A DNA stretch of 64,000 nt, from assembly GCF_964204645.1 (NCBI RefSeq), contig NC_134026.1, positions 3,557,950 to 3,621,949 of the forward strand, written 5' to 3'. Of this stretch, positions 48,776-62,461 are shown in pieces; position 1 is the stretch's first letter, and every line of letters starts with the position of its first letter. Below the pieces are notes generated by a model that saw nothing but the letters and a program-made list of their open reading frames with translations, was not told the DNA's origin and ran no database searches. This DNA comes from Tubulanus polymorphus (lineage: Eukaryota; Animalia; Nemertea). A program made the position numbers and the translations under genes.

Positions 48776-51700
48776 GTGGCTCTTTGTATGCACTATCTGG
48801 AAAACTGGCTACAAGAAGGTACAGAAGGCTTGATCGCTCAGGGTAAAACTACAATTATTTTCGTTCTACCCTCTGACAGATATAATATGTACGTTCGCTC
48901 GGCTGTATATATCTTCGAGTTATGAACCAATACGCGCTTAAATCGCTATTGTTATAATCATTTCATATAGTTTCTAAGTGAACTCCGGATTCCTGCGCAA
49001 GATAAACAGTCTAATGCGATTTATCACGCGGTCACTGGTTGGCTCGTATCCGTATCCAGGATATCCATGTCGATATTCAACTTACCGATATGTCGTCGTC
49101 TCGCCGATCAAACTCAACGGCGATATCTGACTCTCCAACCTCCGGACGATAATAGCGATAAGTTAGCGGCATAGAAATCGCGAATATCATAAGTGTATAT
49201 ACGAGCTCGCTAAACTGTCATGCAATACGCAATATCAAACGTTAGTATTTTGGTAAAACTACACCAGCAGCCTGGCCACTCCAAATGATGCTTGAATGAA
49301 TGTAACTACCAATGTCCACCGATACTGGCTTACTGAATGCTTAATGACGCTTTAATAATGACAATTATACTGGCACTGAACGCGGAAGAGCAGCTTTCAA
49401 GGTTAATTACGACGACGTATATTTGCAAACGGCGGATGCGCTGCGGTATTTCGTATCTAGAAACGAACGTTAACTAACGAGGCACCCTGGCATTTGCCCA
49501 CGTGATTTAGTTACATCGGCAGCAACGTTACACCTTAATTAGCAACACGGAACTCGTACCATTGTTTATAAACAATAGGCAACAAACGTTCTTCGAATTC
49601 GAGCGTTTCCAATGTGGATTTTTAAAGAGTGACTTATCTTCATCTAAAGCGTAAACAGCAATTAATCGCAAAACATAAAAAATCTAGAACATAGAAAGAA
49701 CTTCCGCTAAGAATCAATGTAGACATTTTTATGCGGTCATAGGCTACGATTTCTAAAAGTTGTCTCGCAGCGGATACACTCATAGTGCGTCTTATTGATT
49801 TGAATTTCGGCTCGAGAGCCACCAATATATATTGGCTGTCGGTGGCGGTATGCTACCAAACGATGGAGTAAATCATTTTCATTAATTTCTGAGAAATATT
49901 GACTTATAAGTAGATGCCGTCGCAAGAATGCGGCGCTTGATGAATTTCCAATATTTCTCGGCATCAATGTCGCTCGTATCTGTTGCCTTCCCAATCGTTA
50001 TTAGAACCCATCTTCTGTCAGCAACGCTTTATCGTACTGTATATAAATCATTTTCACTACATTTTAACGAAAAATTAGAGTATAGTAACTCGTAATTGAA
50101 GCTGCACTACCAGGCATACACCAAAGAGAAAAGCTATCGAATGTGTTGGTTTCGCGAAACACGAATCATTTGTTTCGATTGCTGCGAACGATGGGCGGAA
50201 TTGCTGAACATCGACGCTCAGTAACCAATCAGTTAACCAATTAGTGATAACGAGCGGATCAAATCATTGATCAAAATAGCCGCCATTTTCATATCACGTT
50301 GTACAATTACTAATTTTCTCATTGCTTGTGGATATTAATTTGTGGATATTTGAGGGCACTTGATTTTTTAGATTGATATCGATAAGCCCGATCGGGAAAA
50401 TACTCAGGTGAAAATACGACGGTTACAGTCGTTTCTTTGTGAACGAGTCCTCGATAGATGGCGAAAGGGTCAATTCGCACGTTCGTACGCAGAGGAATTC
50501 AAAGATGTCCTATCAAGAATAAATATTACATCAGCCAGGTTTCTATTGGGACAACGCAATATGCCTCGATTTTTAGTAGTAAATCGTATGGATAATTAAG
50601 CTAAGCGAAATACTATTGAAACGACAACGAAATGAGTCGTTCTGAGTTACGTAAAACCCCTTGAAGGATCGTAAGAATTTCAACGCAATGATTCCAGTTT
50701 ATTTATATTACCGAAATTTTCTCGTTTCATTTTCCTGCTTGGTTAGAAATTTCACGTCTTGCGCGTAATTATTTGTCGGACATTTTTGTTCAAATTGGAG
50801 CTTTTAATTCGCTTCGAATCTAAAAAAAGGAAAATATGAAATCATGTTGACTCAAAGGTTATTCACTTTACCTCATCGCTGTATATATTATGATTGCGCT
50901 ATCATTGTTTCATTAAAAATGATTTTTCGGGCCACTTGTCTTCTTTTAAGAACAAACCGACAGAGAGGGAGTGAGAGAGTGAGAGCTTTTAAGTGAATTC
51001 AAACACTATTTATATTTGTCTCGCGTTATCTCAACACTGTCAGCTATATCCGTATATTCGGAATCACGTTACACCGGAGGCAGAAGATGCCGAGGAGGTT
51101 ACCATGCCTTCCGTATCAGTTAAAACGTTTCCCAGAGCTGAAAGTTTGTATTTTGTTGATGTTTTACCGTGCTAGTTTATCTCTACGACTTATCTTTCCC
51201 TTTACTGGTATTTTTCTGGCAATGCTCTGCTAACATCATCTCGATTTTTTCCCACCCGCAATTCGTTTATACTTTGACATCGAACCAAGCCCATTGATCT
51301 GTCTGTGTGTCTGGCTGCGTCGAGTTTTAGATTGTTTGGTCCGGGCATTGTCTACAATAATTCGCTATATGTATATCAATTTAAAAGATGTCCTACACGC
51401 TCTGGACTTCATGCGGACGTCATAGAGGGGAGTGGTATTGATTAACGTGTACCAATATGATTTGAAAAGTGATCATTGTACATTTCGTTTAGAGAAAGAT
51501 TTTTTGCAGGTTTATTACGAAAAGTCAATCTATTCCAAACAATTCCAAAATTGCTGATGTATAAATATGAATCAGTAAGATACCAATATCCTTGATCTAA
51601 CTATACATGTAAAATCCCACAATTGTTAACTGACTGGAAAGTTTTATTCAACAACATTATATGTTTTGTTCCGTCAAATCGAGTGGACGGTTTTGATGAC

Positions 51701-54018
51701 GAAATAGTAGCGTGAAGCGATATTTTGACAAAAATTAATTGAAAAATATGTAGATTTTTCTGAAATGTTTACGTTTGTCGTCAGTGAATAAACCACTGCT
51801 GCTGTCGGTGTTCATTTTGAGACAAAGAAAAACCACGTTTATCACGTCATCTCTGATTAATTACCAGCATATTATCACTGTATGATTATAATCCGTGTGA
51901 TTTTACGTGCGCAAAGCGATAATCCCTTTGCTGCGGATCGGGGAATTCGGCAAAGCGACAACGTCGCCCGTCAATCTGGAACTAGGCGTTTAAAACATTA
52001 TTCCTGTTTTGACGTTCGGACCCTGTCACTAAGTCAACGCCGAGCTGTTTGTAGAGGCAAAGATCTCATTCTCAAATAAACCCGTATTTGCACGCGTCGT
52101 TTAATTTCCTCTCATTATCCTATTAAATCTCTATTAATCAATGTTCAAACATATCAATTATAAATTAGTTAAATAGCCGCCGACTTGGCATCGGAAATGG
52201 AAGTAAATGCGCGCTGCTTGTCTCTACGAGATAAGTACTCGCGTGCCACTGAAGGACGTGCGAATAGTTTGAAGAGGCCATGAAGAGGAACCACTTTTAA
52301 ACGTGTCTTTATTAATTACATACTCTATTGAAGCCGTGATGAAGTCTGTTCGTTGATTGGCATGTAGGTCTAGCTAACGCAACACCACACGTCTGAGATA
52401 GTGGGCAAAAATGAATTTAGTACAATGTAGTTTATTAGCCTATCACGATAATCTTTTCTTCGTACATTTCTCCGTCCTCATTGACGTCAGATTCGGTAGT
52501 ACTTCAACGCACTCAGGTCTACCGAGACCTCGGTGTTGTTGATAGAATTAATTGATGTATTATGGGTCTGTACTAAGTTTTCTACTTGTTAATTCTCAGG
52601 TGCACTTAGTTAGTACAAGCAAGATCACACTAGGTGGCTGAAATCTGACAACGGTGCCTACATTATTGAATCATGTATGCTTAATTTCACTTCACAGAAA
52701 TCTCTACTGCTGCGACTGCGAAAACAAACCGGAGTTCTAGTATAAACATTGATAATTTAATTGGATGAATGACCACACTACCTGGCTGCTCAGAGTTTCC
52801 TTTTTCAAAGTGTTCGTCGTTTTTATGCCAGGAACATTTAAAAGATCGCCCTGTTATATAAATCAGCTGCTATAACACCTTGCTCGCTATTTCGTCTGTC
52901 AGAAGGGCGCGTTGTAATATTTAGACGTTTTCTAATTACTCTGCGGATATTTGCCGTTTTAAATTCGTTAGCTTTTTTTGCCAGAGTGCAAGTTCATAAT
53001 TCATGTTCTGGTTTGTAAATAATGAGACCTCCCACTTTCTGTTTACTCGTAATCAGCACAAAAACACCAGTTTACGTCATAAACATTCGATAAATTATAC
53101 ATCGCCGATACGTACCAACTGACGCTGTTTCGTGAATTCAACCTGAAATCACTACTGAAAAACTAAAATATTGTCGATGCTCTGATTGGGTATATGGGCA
53201 CAGTAGATACGGGTCCGACACCTCTTTCAAACTCATCCCTCCAAAATATCCTTTAACGATTTGAGCGGTTTTTTTCGAGTTCTTCTTGGTGCAGATCCAC
53301 TACTAAACTCTTACTGCAAGTCGTAATCCCAAAACTACTTGATTGATTAGTTTAATGCTATTCTAATATGCCGCACCGACGAAAGTTCCAAAAGACAAAA
53401 CAGTTAAAACAATAATTAAAGCGATAGAGAAACGTTTTTTATTATTACATATATGTATATATATAAATGCTTCTATTTAAGCGTTTTCGTGTCTATGTAT
53501 GGCGTACATAGATGTCATACAATATAGATTCCTTATAACTCACGGCAAAGCACCAAAAAACAAGATAGAAATGTTTTGAACTTTTATTATTATTATATAT
53601 ACAGCACATGTAACTCATACCCTGGGAAAGTGTGGATATAAAGATCAAACGATAAAACAGTGTCGCGCAAAATATTTAGTCGCTCTATAGGTTTACAGCC
53701 AGATCCCGGTTTGCAGTATTTATCTGTTTCCTGCAGTTAGGCATATCAGTACCACACACACATATGTGGGAGGATTGCCATAACTTCCGGTTGACCCAAC
53801 AATAACATACACATCATGTATGTTCGTCATAATCACGTGACGAAGGACTTATTTATCTATACGCAGTTTTTGTGGTCAGTTTTTGCGGTTTTTTCGAAAT
53901 TTCGAAAGTCTTCATCAGGAAGAGTTTGAAATCCTGCGTTTACTGTTTACGACTCATTGTCCAAAGCCGATAAATCGCTAATTATATTTCACTGTTCTAT
54001 ACGATTTATGATTTATTG

Positions 54019-57000
54019 TCACCAAGCTCGTATTCCTTGTATTTGCTGTTGGTGCACGTAAGGAGGCGACTGTTGCATTTGCGGCATCGGGCTGTAAGCG
54101 GCGGGGGACGAGGCGCCCGGGTGGTTGGCGTAAGAACACGCCTGGGTCGCCGCCGTGGCATAGGCGAATGGATTCACGTTATAAGGCGTGGAATACGACT
54201 GCGGACACGGTTTACCATCTCTAACTAACACCGGTACAGCCACTCGTCTCGGAGGCTGCATCGCCGTCAATTCGAGAGTCTTATCTTGGCGTTGTCGTTT
54301 GCATTTATATCTCCTATTTTGAAACCAGATTTTCACCTGGGTCGAAGTAAGTTTCAGCATATTAGCCAACTGTTCCCGTTCGGGCGCGGATAAATATCGC
54401 TGTTGTTTGAACCGTCTTTCAAGTTCGTAAACTTGCGCCTGTGAAAATAGTACTCGTGGTTTGCGTTTTTGGCGTTGTCGCAGAAGGTGGCATTCTGTGG
54501 CACCATCTGGCGACGGAAGATTACTGGCGTTTGTCGGTTGGTTCTCGGTAATTCCACTTGTCGATGGGTCTGTATCGTCATTCAAAGGCGTCGGAGGGGT
54601 TATGATTCTGGGCTTAATATCCAGTTCCATGCACGTCGGTTTAACATCTACATTGTTATCTGTAAACAGAAAAGAAGAAATACGTGGAGTCAAAATGCCA
54701 AATAAATTTGAAAAAAAATCAAGAAAAGATCTAAGTGAAGAGCTATTTCAGGGGTTATGATTATGGATGGGGTCATGTTCCAATGTAGAATAAGGTAAAA
54801 TTTTGATTTTAAGAGTCGCACGTCAAATCTTTTTCAAAACGGAATCCAACTGGTTGAGGAGAGATTGATTTGTATATACGTATATCCACGTGGGAATCAA
54901 ATCTGGTGAGCCGTGAGAATCTCTCTGTACAGAATAAATGACTGTCTGAAATCCTAGCAGAAATCATTGAGATCACGATATTAGATTAATCTCCATCGAT
55001 GAATGGTTGAAAGTTGAGACTAGTGGGAACTGATATTGGTTTGTAGTAGTTTGATCTAACAGGTACATAAAGTATGTAGGAAGAATGATAACCACGCGAG
55101 GTGCACCGTCGGGTCGGGGGAAACTACGAGTCATCGTTTACATCTACGATATCAGGCTCGTGTAAACTTCCACTAACAAACACCACACGATCTAAAGAAA
55201 ACTCTCCTCGCGTTTAGAATAGCCAATCACATCTTCGAGATGCCGCAAATGCCATTACATTTCACTGGCGGCGAGATTCGTCAATTTTTGAGGAATAGAT
55301 AACTCCTAAAAGATAGATTATGTGATTTCATGCGAACGCATCGTGCAATTATTTCCAATTCGTCTTAAACCCGTAGATATGATTTTTTTGTAAACTAGAT
55401 TTTTGATGAATCGTTTAATACCTAGGAAGCGCATATATTTCTTATCGGGATCGACTTGAAATGTATGTATATGTCGAGTTAAAACATTATGTTCCACGCT
55501 TTTCTCGTGCAAACTGTAGTTGTATTTACCAACATGATAATGCGTTTTCTTGTAACGGAATTGATAAGACAAGATAACGCCGTTACGGAACAACGTGTTA
55601 CGATAAATATCCAGCTATATGTCGTCCGTTGGGCGGCTGTTCGTAAAACGAGAACCCGTAGCCGAACCTTCCGAGTTTCTGGTTTATATCTACTATTTTG
55701 CAAACAACCGATGTGACTGTTGTATGTAAAGAAAAAGATTGCCCTGTGACAGGTAGATACAAACGTCAGACTCGCAGTCTCCCGTGATAAAACTAGTCTA
55801 TAGATAAGTTACTTCAGCCCTCGAGGGTTATGAAATAATCCCTTTCGTTTGGTGGTTTCTTTATAGCGCTGTCCAAAATGTCAAGTTAGAGTTACACGTA
55901 TTCTAAATTGTGAACCCGAAAAGAGAAATTTAGGAATGAGGATATGTTTGTATTGGTATATACATTTTGGGCGATTATTGACCCACAAAATGAGAGCTCC
56001 GAAAAAAAATCGAAACGGAAACTCGGGGAAAAAACGAATAAAACATCAGATGCTCATAAACAGGTTGCAGAAACATTCCGATGTTTTTACAAAGAGAGCG
56101 AAATCCGGGATGTGTAACCAGTCGTGATTCATATCTCACGGGACACGACAAGTTTTACTGTGATTGTATATCGTAGAAAAACAGAAAAACACTCTATAAT
56201 TAACACAGACATATTTCATCTCAATTCCCACCGAATTAACGAATAAACGTGCCTCGAGTTTTGGCAATGCAAATATCAATTTTTCTAGGTGTAAGAGAAG
56301 CAGAAAAGTGCGAGAGTGCGAAAATATTGGTAACGAAAAAATCGTTTTAATCATTATCATAGATTTTATTATCATTCTGACTGTTATAGATTTTAGATTG
56401 ATCTCTCCTACACCAAAATGAACATAAAACATTTTTTTGCATTATTTCCTACATACAGATGGATCATTAAAGCCAATGTGCACCTTCATTTGATTTCATT
56501 TATCTTATTCATTTCATTTATTTCGACAGTCTTGCAAGTTACAAAATTGTGTTATACAGTATAAAGCAGGACTGTCGGAGAATTAAAAAAAATCCTAAGG
56601 GATTTGTCTGGTTGAATCCCCGACAAAACCTCAAATTCCCTGGCTTGAAAATTATCTAAGAAATAAGATGTAATAGAGCCCCTTGTATTTCATTCGGACT
56701 TGAAGAACTCAAAAACCTTTCTTTCACGAACCCAAAAACTTTTCCTCCATTTTACGTAGGCAAAAATATGGATTAGAAAAACAATAAAAATGTGAAACCG
56801 CATAGAACGACTATAAAATGCAAATTAAAAAGCTAAACTAATTATCTAAACAAAATGTAAATGTTTTTAGTGAAATGTACTGTTTGCACTTCACTATACG
56901 AGTTCTTTGCACGCCAAGAGATGGTGGTGATTATTGAGGATGAAATTGTGTTTGTTTGGACTTGAATATAACGAAGGCACCATAAGTGGTGTGAAGGGTT

Positions 57001-57528
57001 TTCAAATGGTGGTTTGTAAGTGCGAGGTGAAGCAGTAGCCCTTGACTCAAGAGCGCTATACTTGCTACCTACTTTATGCAACTGAAAATAAATCATGGCC
57101 TGAAGAGACTCTTAATACTGATGACACTTACGTTTTTCAATGATGTTTTCAGCCTCTTGACAGCCACTACCAGTCACCGTAGCCGGGCTGTAGGATGCTG
57201 ACTGCTGTTGGTGGTGTTGCTGCTGCGGGCTCATCGACGGGCTCAACTCGGCGTACGTGGTCGCAGTCGTGGGCAGCAGCATTGACTGGCTGTAGTCGCA
57301 ATGCGGATTATGGTGATTCTGTTGAAGATGCGGATTCTGTAACTGGTGGTGTATAGTCGAGTATATAGGCGCGGTCATATCACTGCCGTAAAACGAACCC
57401 GAGCTATAATTCAAACCCTGGAATTCCATGGCACATACAGTATCCTGATCGACGCTCATGTTAAGTATGTCTTTGACTGAAAACGGTGTAGTAGTAGTAG
57501 TTGATATGAAAGTTTGGTTTGCTAGCAT
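54019..57528 (-). CDS. NK4: NK4/tinman (Nkx2-5/2-3/2-6 class) homeobox transcription factor, 2 exons, ~345 aa
   Basis: Exon 1 (57528-57132) carries the TN/eh1 motif [11 protein letters not shown]. Exon 2 (54659-54019) carries the homeodomain [60 protein letters not shown] (Tyr54), the NK2-[19 protein letters not shown] and the NK4-specific C-terminal GIRAW. Confidence 0.97.
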
Positions 57529-57609
57529 TCTATCCTAAAACACCACCGCGCATCTGGTCCGTTGTTTGTAAGCGTTCTAGTTTTTCACAGACGATCTGGG
57601 AAAGTTTTC

Positions 57610-57617
57610 TATTTATG
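57610..57617 (-). promoter_or_regulatory. TATA-like box of NK4
   Basis: CATAAATA on the minus strand, ~85 bp upstream of the NK4 ATG. A CCAAT (ATTGG) lies near 58089. Confidence 0.35.
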
Positions 57618-60534
57618 CCACTCGGGGATATGTTCAGTCAAAGCCGACCCGATGTTAATGATTAAAGTCGTCCTCGGTAATAATTTAACGAGCAATATTA
57701 GACGAAAAACATAAACCATTGATTCTGAAACTTACTATAAAAGTTTTAGGCAAAACCACGCTCCGGGTTTCTCCCACTTATTTTCCAGGGGTGGCTAGCT
57801 ACTGTTCGTCTACGCTCAGAATTGCCGAAACTGCCAGTTATCGTAACGAACGACAGGAGTTGAGCAGAAATGAAATATTTCGTTGACTCCGTGGATTTCT
57901 CGAAAGTTTTCTCGCCAACTTTTCCGGGTAAAGACCGCGATGAAAAATACCTCTCAACCTCAGATTATCACCCGTATCAATGTTTTAAAAATTGCCTCAA
58001 TCATCACTGCAATAGGCTGAAACCAAAGATGCCTGCCCAGCGTGCAAGCGACGCTATCGCGCGGGAGTGAGTCCGCCTCTTCTCGCTGATTGGTGCGAAG
58101 TTTCTCGGCGGCCGGTGAATTGGCAAGCTTGCCTCTTACACGTTTTGATGTATGAAAAACGTAAAAATTTAAGAAATAGAATAACGCCTTCAGTGATTTG
58201 TCATATACCATTCAGCCTAACATAGGAAATATATTTTCACGGTGAGAAATTCAATGAGTTCCTATAACTATCCGGACTAAGACGAACCAATCCATCAGCG
58301 TGTTTTACTCATTCGAAAGGTCCTACGTGAAGAAATGAATATCAACCAAAAACGTTGTAGTAAGCATGGACTCTAGGAAAGCTCTGATGGATTCCCCGTC
58401 GCCATGTTTCTGTAAACACACGTATCTGTAACCACCGCGAATACGGAAGGATGCTGGGTTAGAAGAAGCATCTGCGCACCAGACTTAATTCATCGTACGA
58501 ATCAAGTGACTACGAGCTAATTACTAGCAAAATAAAAACCAACGAAAAAATATATTGTGATATTACTTTGAATGAAATTATTCCGCTGCATTCGATCGGT
58601 AGTAAAAATATTTTCAAAGGATCCACATATTTACATATCAGTTTCTGGTGTTATGAAAAAATTCGATTTTGGTTTATCTTCCATGTTCGTATGATCGGAT
58701 AATTTATAACAGTTTGTTCCTATAAACCAGATTCCCATTCATCTTGTCATTGTCGAGTCAGTTGTGCAAAGTTGCATCAGTTGCATGAATAGTAATAAAA
58801 AAAGAATTATTTATGAACAGTAACCGTTAGTCAGTTTGCTATGACAAATCCATAAAGCCAGATCCGATACGTGGCTTCAATATCCAATCGTAGGATTGCG
58901 TTAGCATTTAGATTTTTGGTCATTTTGGATCATACAGATAAACCTGCAAATTACATCTGTTGATCTGAACCGATGGCCATCTGTCGACCTACAGTCCCAC
59001 CATCTGTGAGGTACCGGACTACGATAAGAAACAAAGGAAAGTCTCTCTAGATTAGTTCTATAAATCTGAGACTTTCTAAATCGTTCGAACAAGTGGGGCA
59101 ATGGGTACAAAATATTGGGTTCGGTTTCAAAATTGTTAGCGCATTCGATAACGCGTACAATATGGCGGTTTGGCCACATGTGCCCGATTACGTCACATCA
59201 ATAACACAAAATCGGCGTCTTGATTTACTCCGAAAACAAACATTCAAAATTAGTAATCAGTAATCTGTAATCAGTAATTTCGACGCGTTATTATTACTGA
59301 TCTTTCATACTCGAAGTATGTTTATATCAGATTTGGTATAGTGAAAATTAGTTCATCGACCGGTATTAAAAACGGTGATTAACAGGTCCAAGCATTTTGT
59401 AGAAAATATCAAAATGATTTAACATCACAAAAATCCTAAACGAACAAACGCGAGAAACTGAATATCATTCACTCAAATAATACGATACCGAAATATTCTA
59501 CATATTTCAAACTGAGTTCTATTTGGTGAATTCGTCGTAGATTTGATAGATCTATAATTAAATAAACATGAAATGTTTAATTGATATTGTACACACGATG
59601 CCGCTCATTGTATCTGATTTATATAATATGATTTTTAGTATTGAAGGTTCCTAAAATAAAGCTTATCATAACTTACTACAGCAGACACGGGTGTCAGGTG
59701 CGAATCGTTTGACAGTTTAAATTCGAATCCTTTTGTGCCACGGATAAGTGCAATATTTACTCAGCGACGTATAAATATTATGCCTCGCGGCCGACTTTTT
59801 AGGGCTAGGTAACTTTATCTGTAAAATAAGGCCGTGTTTTCGTTAATGAACCTCGGGTTATAGACTTCCGCATTAACACACCTGCAGCATGTGAAATAAC
59901 ATCTCTCATAACAGTCCCTTTCCGTATCCTTCGGTCAATATGGTTATGATCGATAATCAGTCCAGTGTGATTACTTAATCATCATCTTGCGTTTTTTTTT
60001 CACAAATAGGTAGTCCCACATTTGTAAATTATGTTTCGAATTGAGTGGTTATCAATTGAAAGTGAATTATTTCAATTCTGCGGGTCGAATTCAATTCACA
60101 ATGGCGCAACCCGAGGAAACGTACCGTACCGATACTAAATCTATCGAATGTCGTACAGACGTTTCTTCTATTTTACTGCAGCCGGTCGAGTTGCCGTCTG
60201 ACTAAACGAAGCTACCAACGTCTAAGAAGATGGAATAACAACTTGGGACAGATAATATATTACTTTATTGTCGAAAATTGAAGAAAAATGCACATGGCGA
60301 AAGTAATGGACATGCTAGGTTGTGAATTCAGTTTGAATCTAGAGGAAAAATGTTTATTCAATGTTTTGTTTATCTAGAAACAATCTTTTTCGCACAACTG
60401 TGGAGTCTGTAAAATAATTCACCGAAATAAGTCAACAGATTCCCACTAAATTACATTCAAAGAAAGAGGATTTCCATATCTCAAGGTTGGAGATTAAAAT
60501 GCATGATTTTGAATGAACATAATAATTCTACAGT

Positions 60535-62461
60535 TTATTTCATCTGAGCAATCGAATAATCCATGAGAGCCTGCAAAGCGCCATCCGTTTCGCGCATATT
60601 CTGTTGTAATTTCGTCATTTGTGCTTGTAACATCGCCATTTGTGATTGAAGATGTAGAACTAGATTATACTGTTTAATAGGATTGAACTCCTCTTCATTC
60701 GGTGTCTCAGATGCAGCCGGATTGTTTGGAGAATCTATTTCATCTGGTTTTGTTTCTGTTGTTTCTTTTTCTGTCACTATCGAACTTTCGGTGGCTGAAG
60801 TTTCTAAAACTGGAATTTCTGGTACTGTAGTTTCTGGTGCTGGAAGCCCAGGCTCTAGAGCATCTGGAGCTGATGGTGGAACTTCTGACGCTAGTTCTGG
60901 AGAGTGCGCCGCAGCCGCAGGAGCTGGCTCTGAGGCTGGTGCCGTAGCCTCATGAGCTGGTCCTGGGACTGCTGCTGGGGCTGGTGCCGCAGCTTCAGGA
61001 GCTGGCTCTGTGGTTGATGCCGCAGTTTCAGGAGCTGGAGATGGAACCTCTGGCACTGGTGCAGGAGCCTCAGAAGCTGGGTCAGGAGCTGATGATGGAA
61101 CCTCTGGCACTGGTTCTGGGGCCTCAGGAGCCGATGATGGAACTTCTGGTACTGGAGCCTCAGGAGCCGATGATGGAACTTCTACTACTGGTGCTGGAGC
61201 CTCGGGAGCTGGTTCAGGTGTTTGAGTTTCTGGAGATGGCACCGCAGCCTCAGGTGCTGGCTCTGTGGCTGGTGCCGCAGCCTCAGGAGCTGGCTCTGTG
61301 GCTGGTGCCGCAGCCTCAGGAGCTGGCTCTGTGACTGGTGCCGCAGCCTCAGGAGCTTGTTCTGTGGCTGGTGTCGCAGCCTCAGGAGCTGGCTCTGTGG
61401 CTGGTGCCGCAGCCTCAGGAGCTGGCTCTGTGACTGGTGCCGAAGCCTCAGGAGCTTGTTCTGTGGCTGGTGCCGCAGCCTCAGGAGCTGGCTCTGTGGC
61501 TGGTGCCGCAGCCTCAGGAGCTTGTTCTGTGGCTGGTGCCGCAGCCTCAGGAGCTTGTTCTGTGGCTGGTGCCGCAGCCTCAGGAGCTGGCTCTGTGGCT
61601 GGTGCCGCAGCCTCAGGAGCTTGTTCTGTGGCTGGTGTCGCAGCCTCAGGAGCTGGTTCTGGGGCTGGTGTCGTAGCTTCAGGAGCTGGCAATGGAATTT
61701 CTGGCACTGGTACTGGAGCCTCAGGAGCCGATGATGGAACTTCCACTACTGGTGCAGGAGCCTCAGGAGCCAGTTCAGTCATTGGTGCTGATGTTTCTGG
61801 AGACGATGCTGGGGCTCCAGGAGCTGGTTCTGGTGCTGGTCCTGGGGCATCTGGTGCAGGAGTTTCGGGAGCTGGTGCTGGGATCTCTGGAACTAGGACT
61901 GACGCATCTGGCACTGGTGCTGAAGTTTCTGGGGCTGATTCCGGAGTGTCCGGTGTTGTGACTGGGGTTTCTGGCACTGGTGCTGGGGTTTCTGGAGCCG
62001 GAGTTTCTGGAACTGGTTCTGGGGTTTGTGGTGCTGGATGAGGGGTATCTGGGGCAGGTTGAAGAGTTTCTGGGGCTGGCTGTGGAATTTCTGGAGCTGG
62101 AGCAGGGTCTTCTGGAGCTGGAGCTTCTGGTAACGGTGCAGGAGTTTCTATGACTGGGGCTGGTGCTGGAGTATCTGGAACTGGTGCTGGAATTCCTGGA
62201 GCTGGCGCTGGTTTAGCCGCTGAGCCTTTAACTTTAGTCACTTGTGATTTGGCTTTAAATAATAGTACATAAAATCGGATTTATAAATTCACATTTCATC
62301 ATGACTACCTGAGAGTAAGAAGACTGTTCAGTCTCACCTGTTTTCTGTCCTTTCGCGGGTTTTCCTGCCGTTGGCCCTTTATTTGTGCTTGCAGCTGGTT
62401 TACTTTTGGCATCAGCCTTGCCAGGAATCTTCGTCGGTTTGGAAGCCTTCGGCGCGTCTGC
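60535..62461 (-). CDS. 3' exons of an uncharacterised low-complexity Pro/Ala/Glu/Thr-repeat protein with C-terminal coiled coil
   Basis: Terminal exon 62252-60535 (TTTAAAG acceptor) is in frame with exon 62461-62338 (ADAPKASKPTKIPGK...). Further probable exons lie near 63030-63150 and 63450-63500, unresolved. The C-terminal LVLHLQSQMAMLQAQMTKLQQNMRETDGALQALMDY shows a heptad pattern. The 5' end was not determined. Confidence 0.7.
61242..61689 (-). repeat. Coding minisatellite, 33-bp unit, ~13-14 copies (APEAAAPATE[P/Q])
   Basis: The unit GCAGCCTCAGGAGCTGGCTCTGTGGCTGGTGCC repeats head-to-tail with few variants (GGC/TGT, GCC/GTC). Confidence 0.95.

Noticed and set aside
48641-48925. Plus-strand ORF with a signal-peptide-like start (MFYKLVIYILVLTPLIWSCC)
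   Set aside because: It overlaps antisense the first coding exon of the lectin-kringle gene, which has a strong GTAAGT donor in the correct phase. It has no recognisable domain. Not excluded without stranded RNA-seq.
61242-61689. 33-bp repeat as a CRISPR array or a type I antifreeze 11-mer
   Set aside because: There are no unique spacers and the context is eukaryotic. Two to three prolines per unit preclude the alpha-helix of type I antifreeze proteins.
60683-62041. Plus-strand ORFs with WCRSLRSWLCG, GAAASGAGSVA or LVPQPQELALW repeats (Cys/Trp-rich or silk-like)
   Set aside because: These are antisense and alternate-frame shadows of the stop-free 33-bp repeat. Only the minus frame continues into unique sequence with splice sites and a coiled-coil end.
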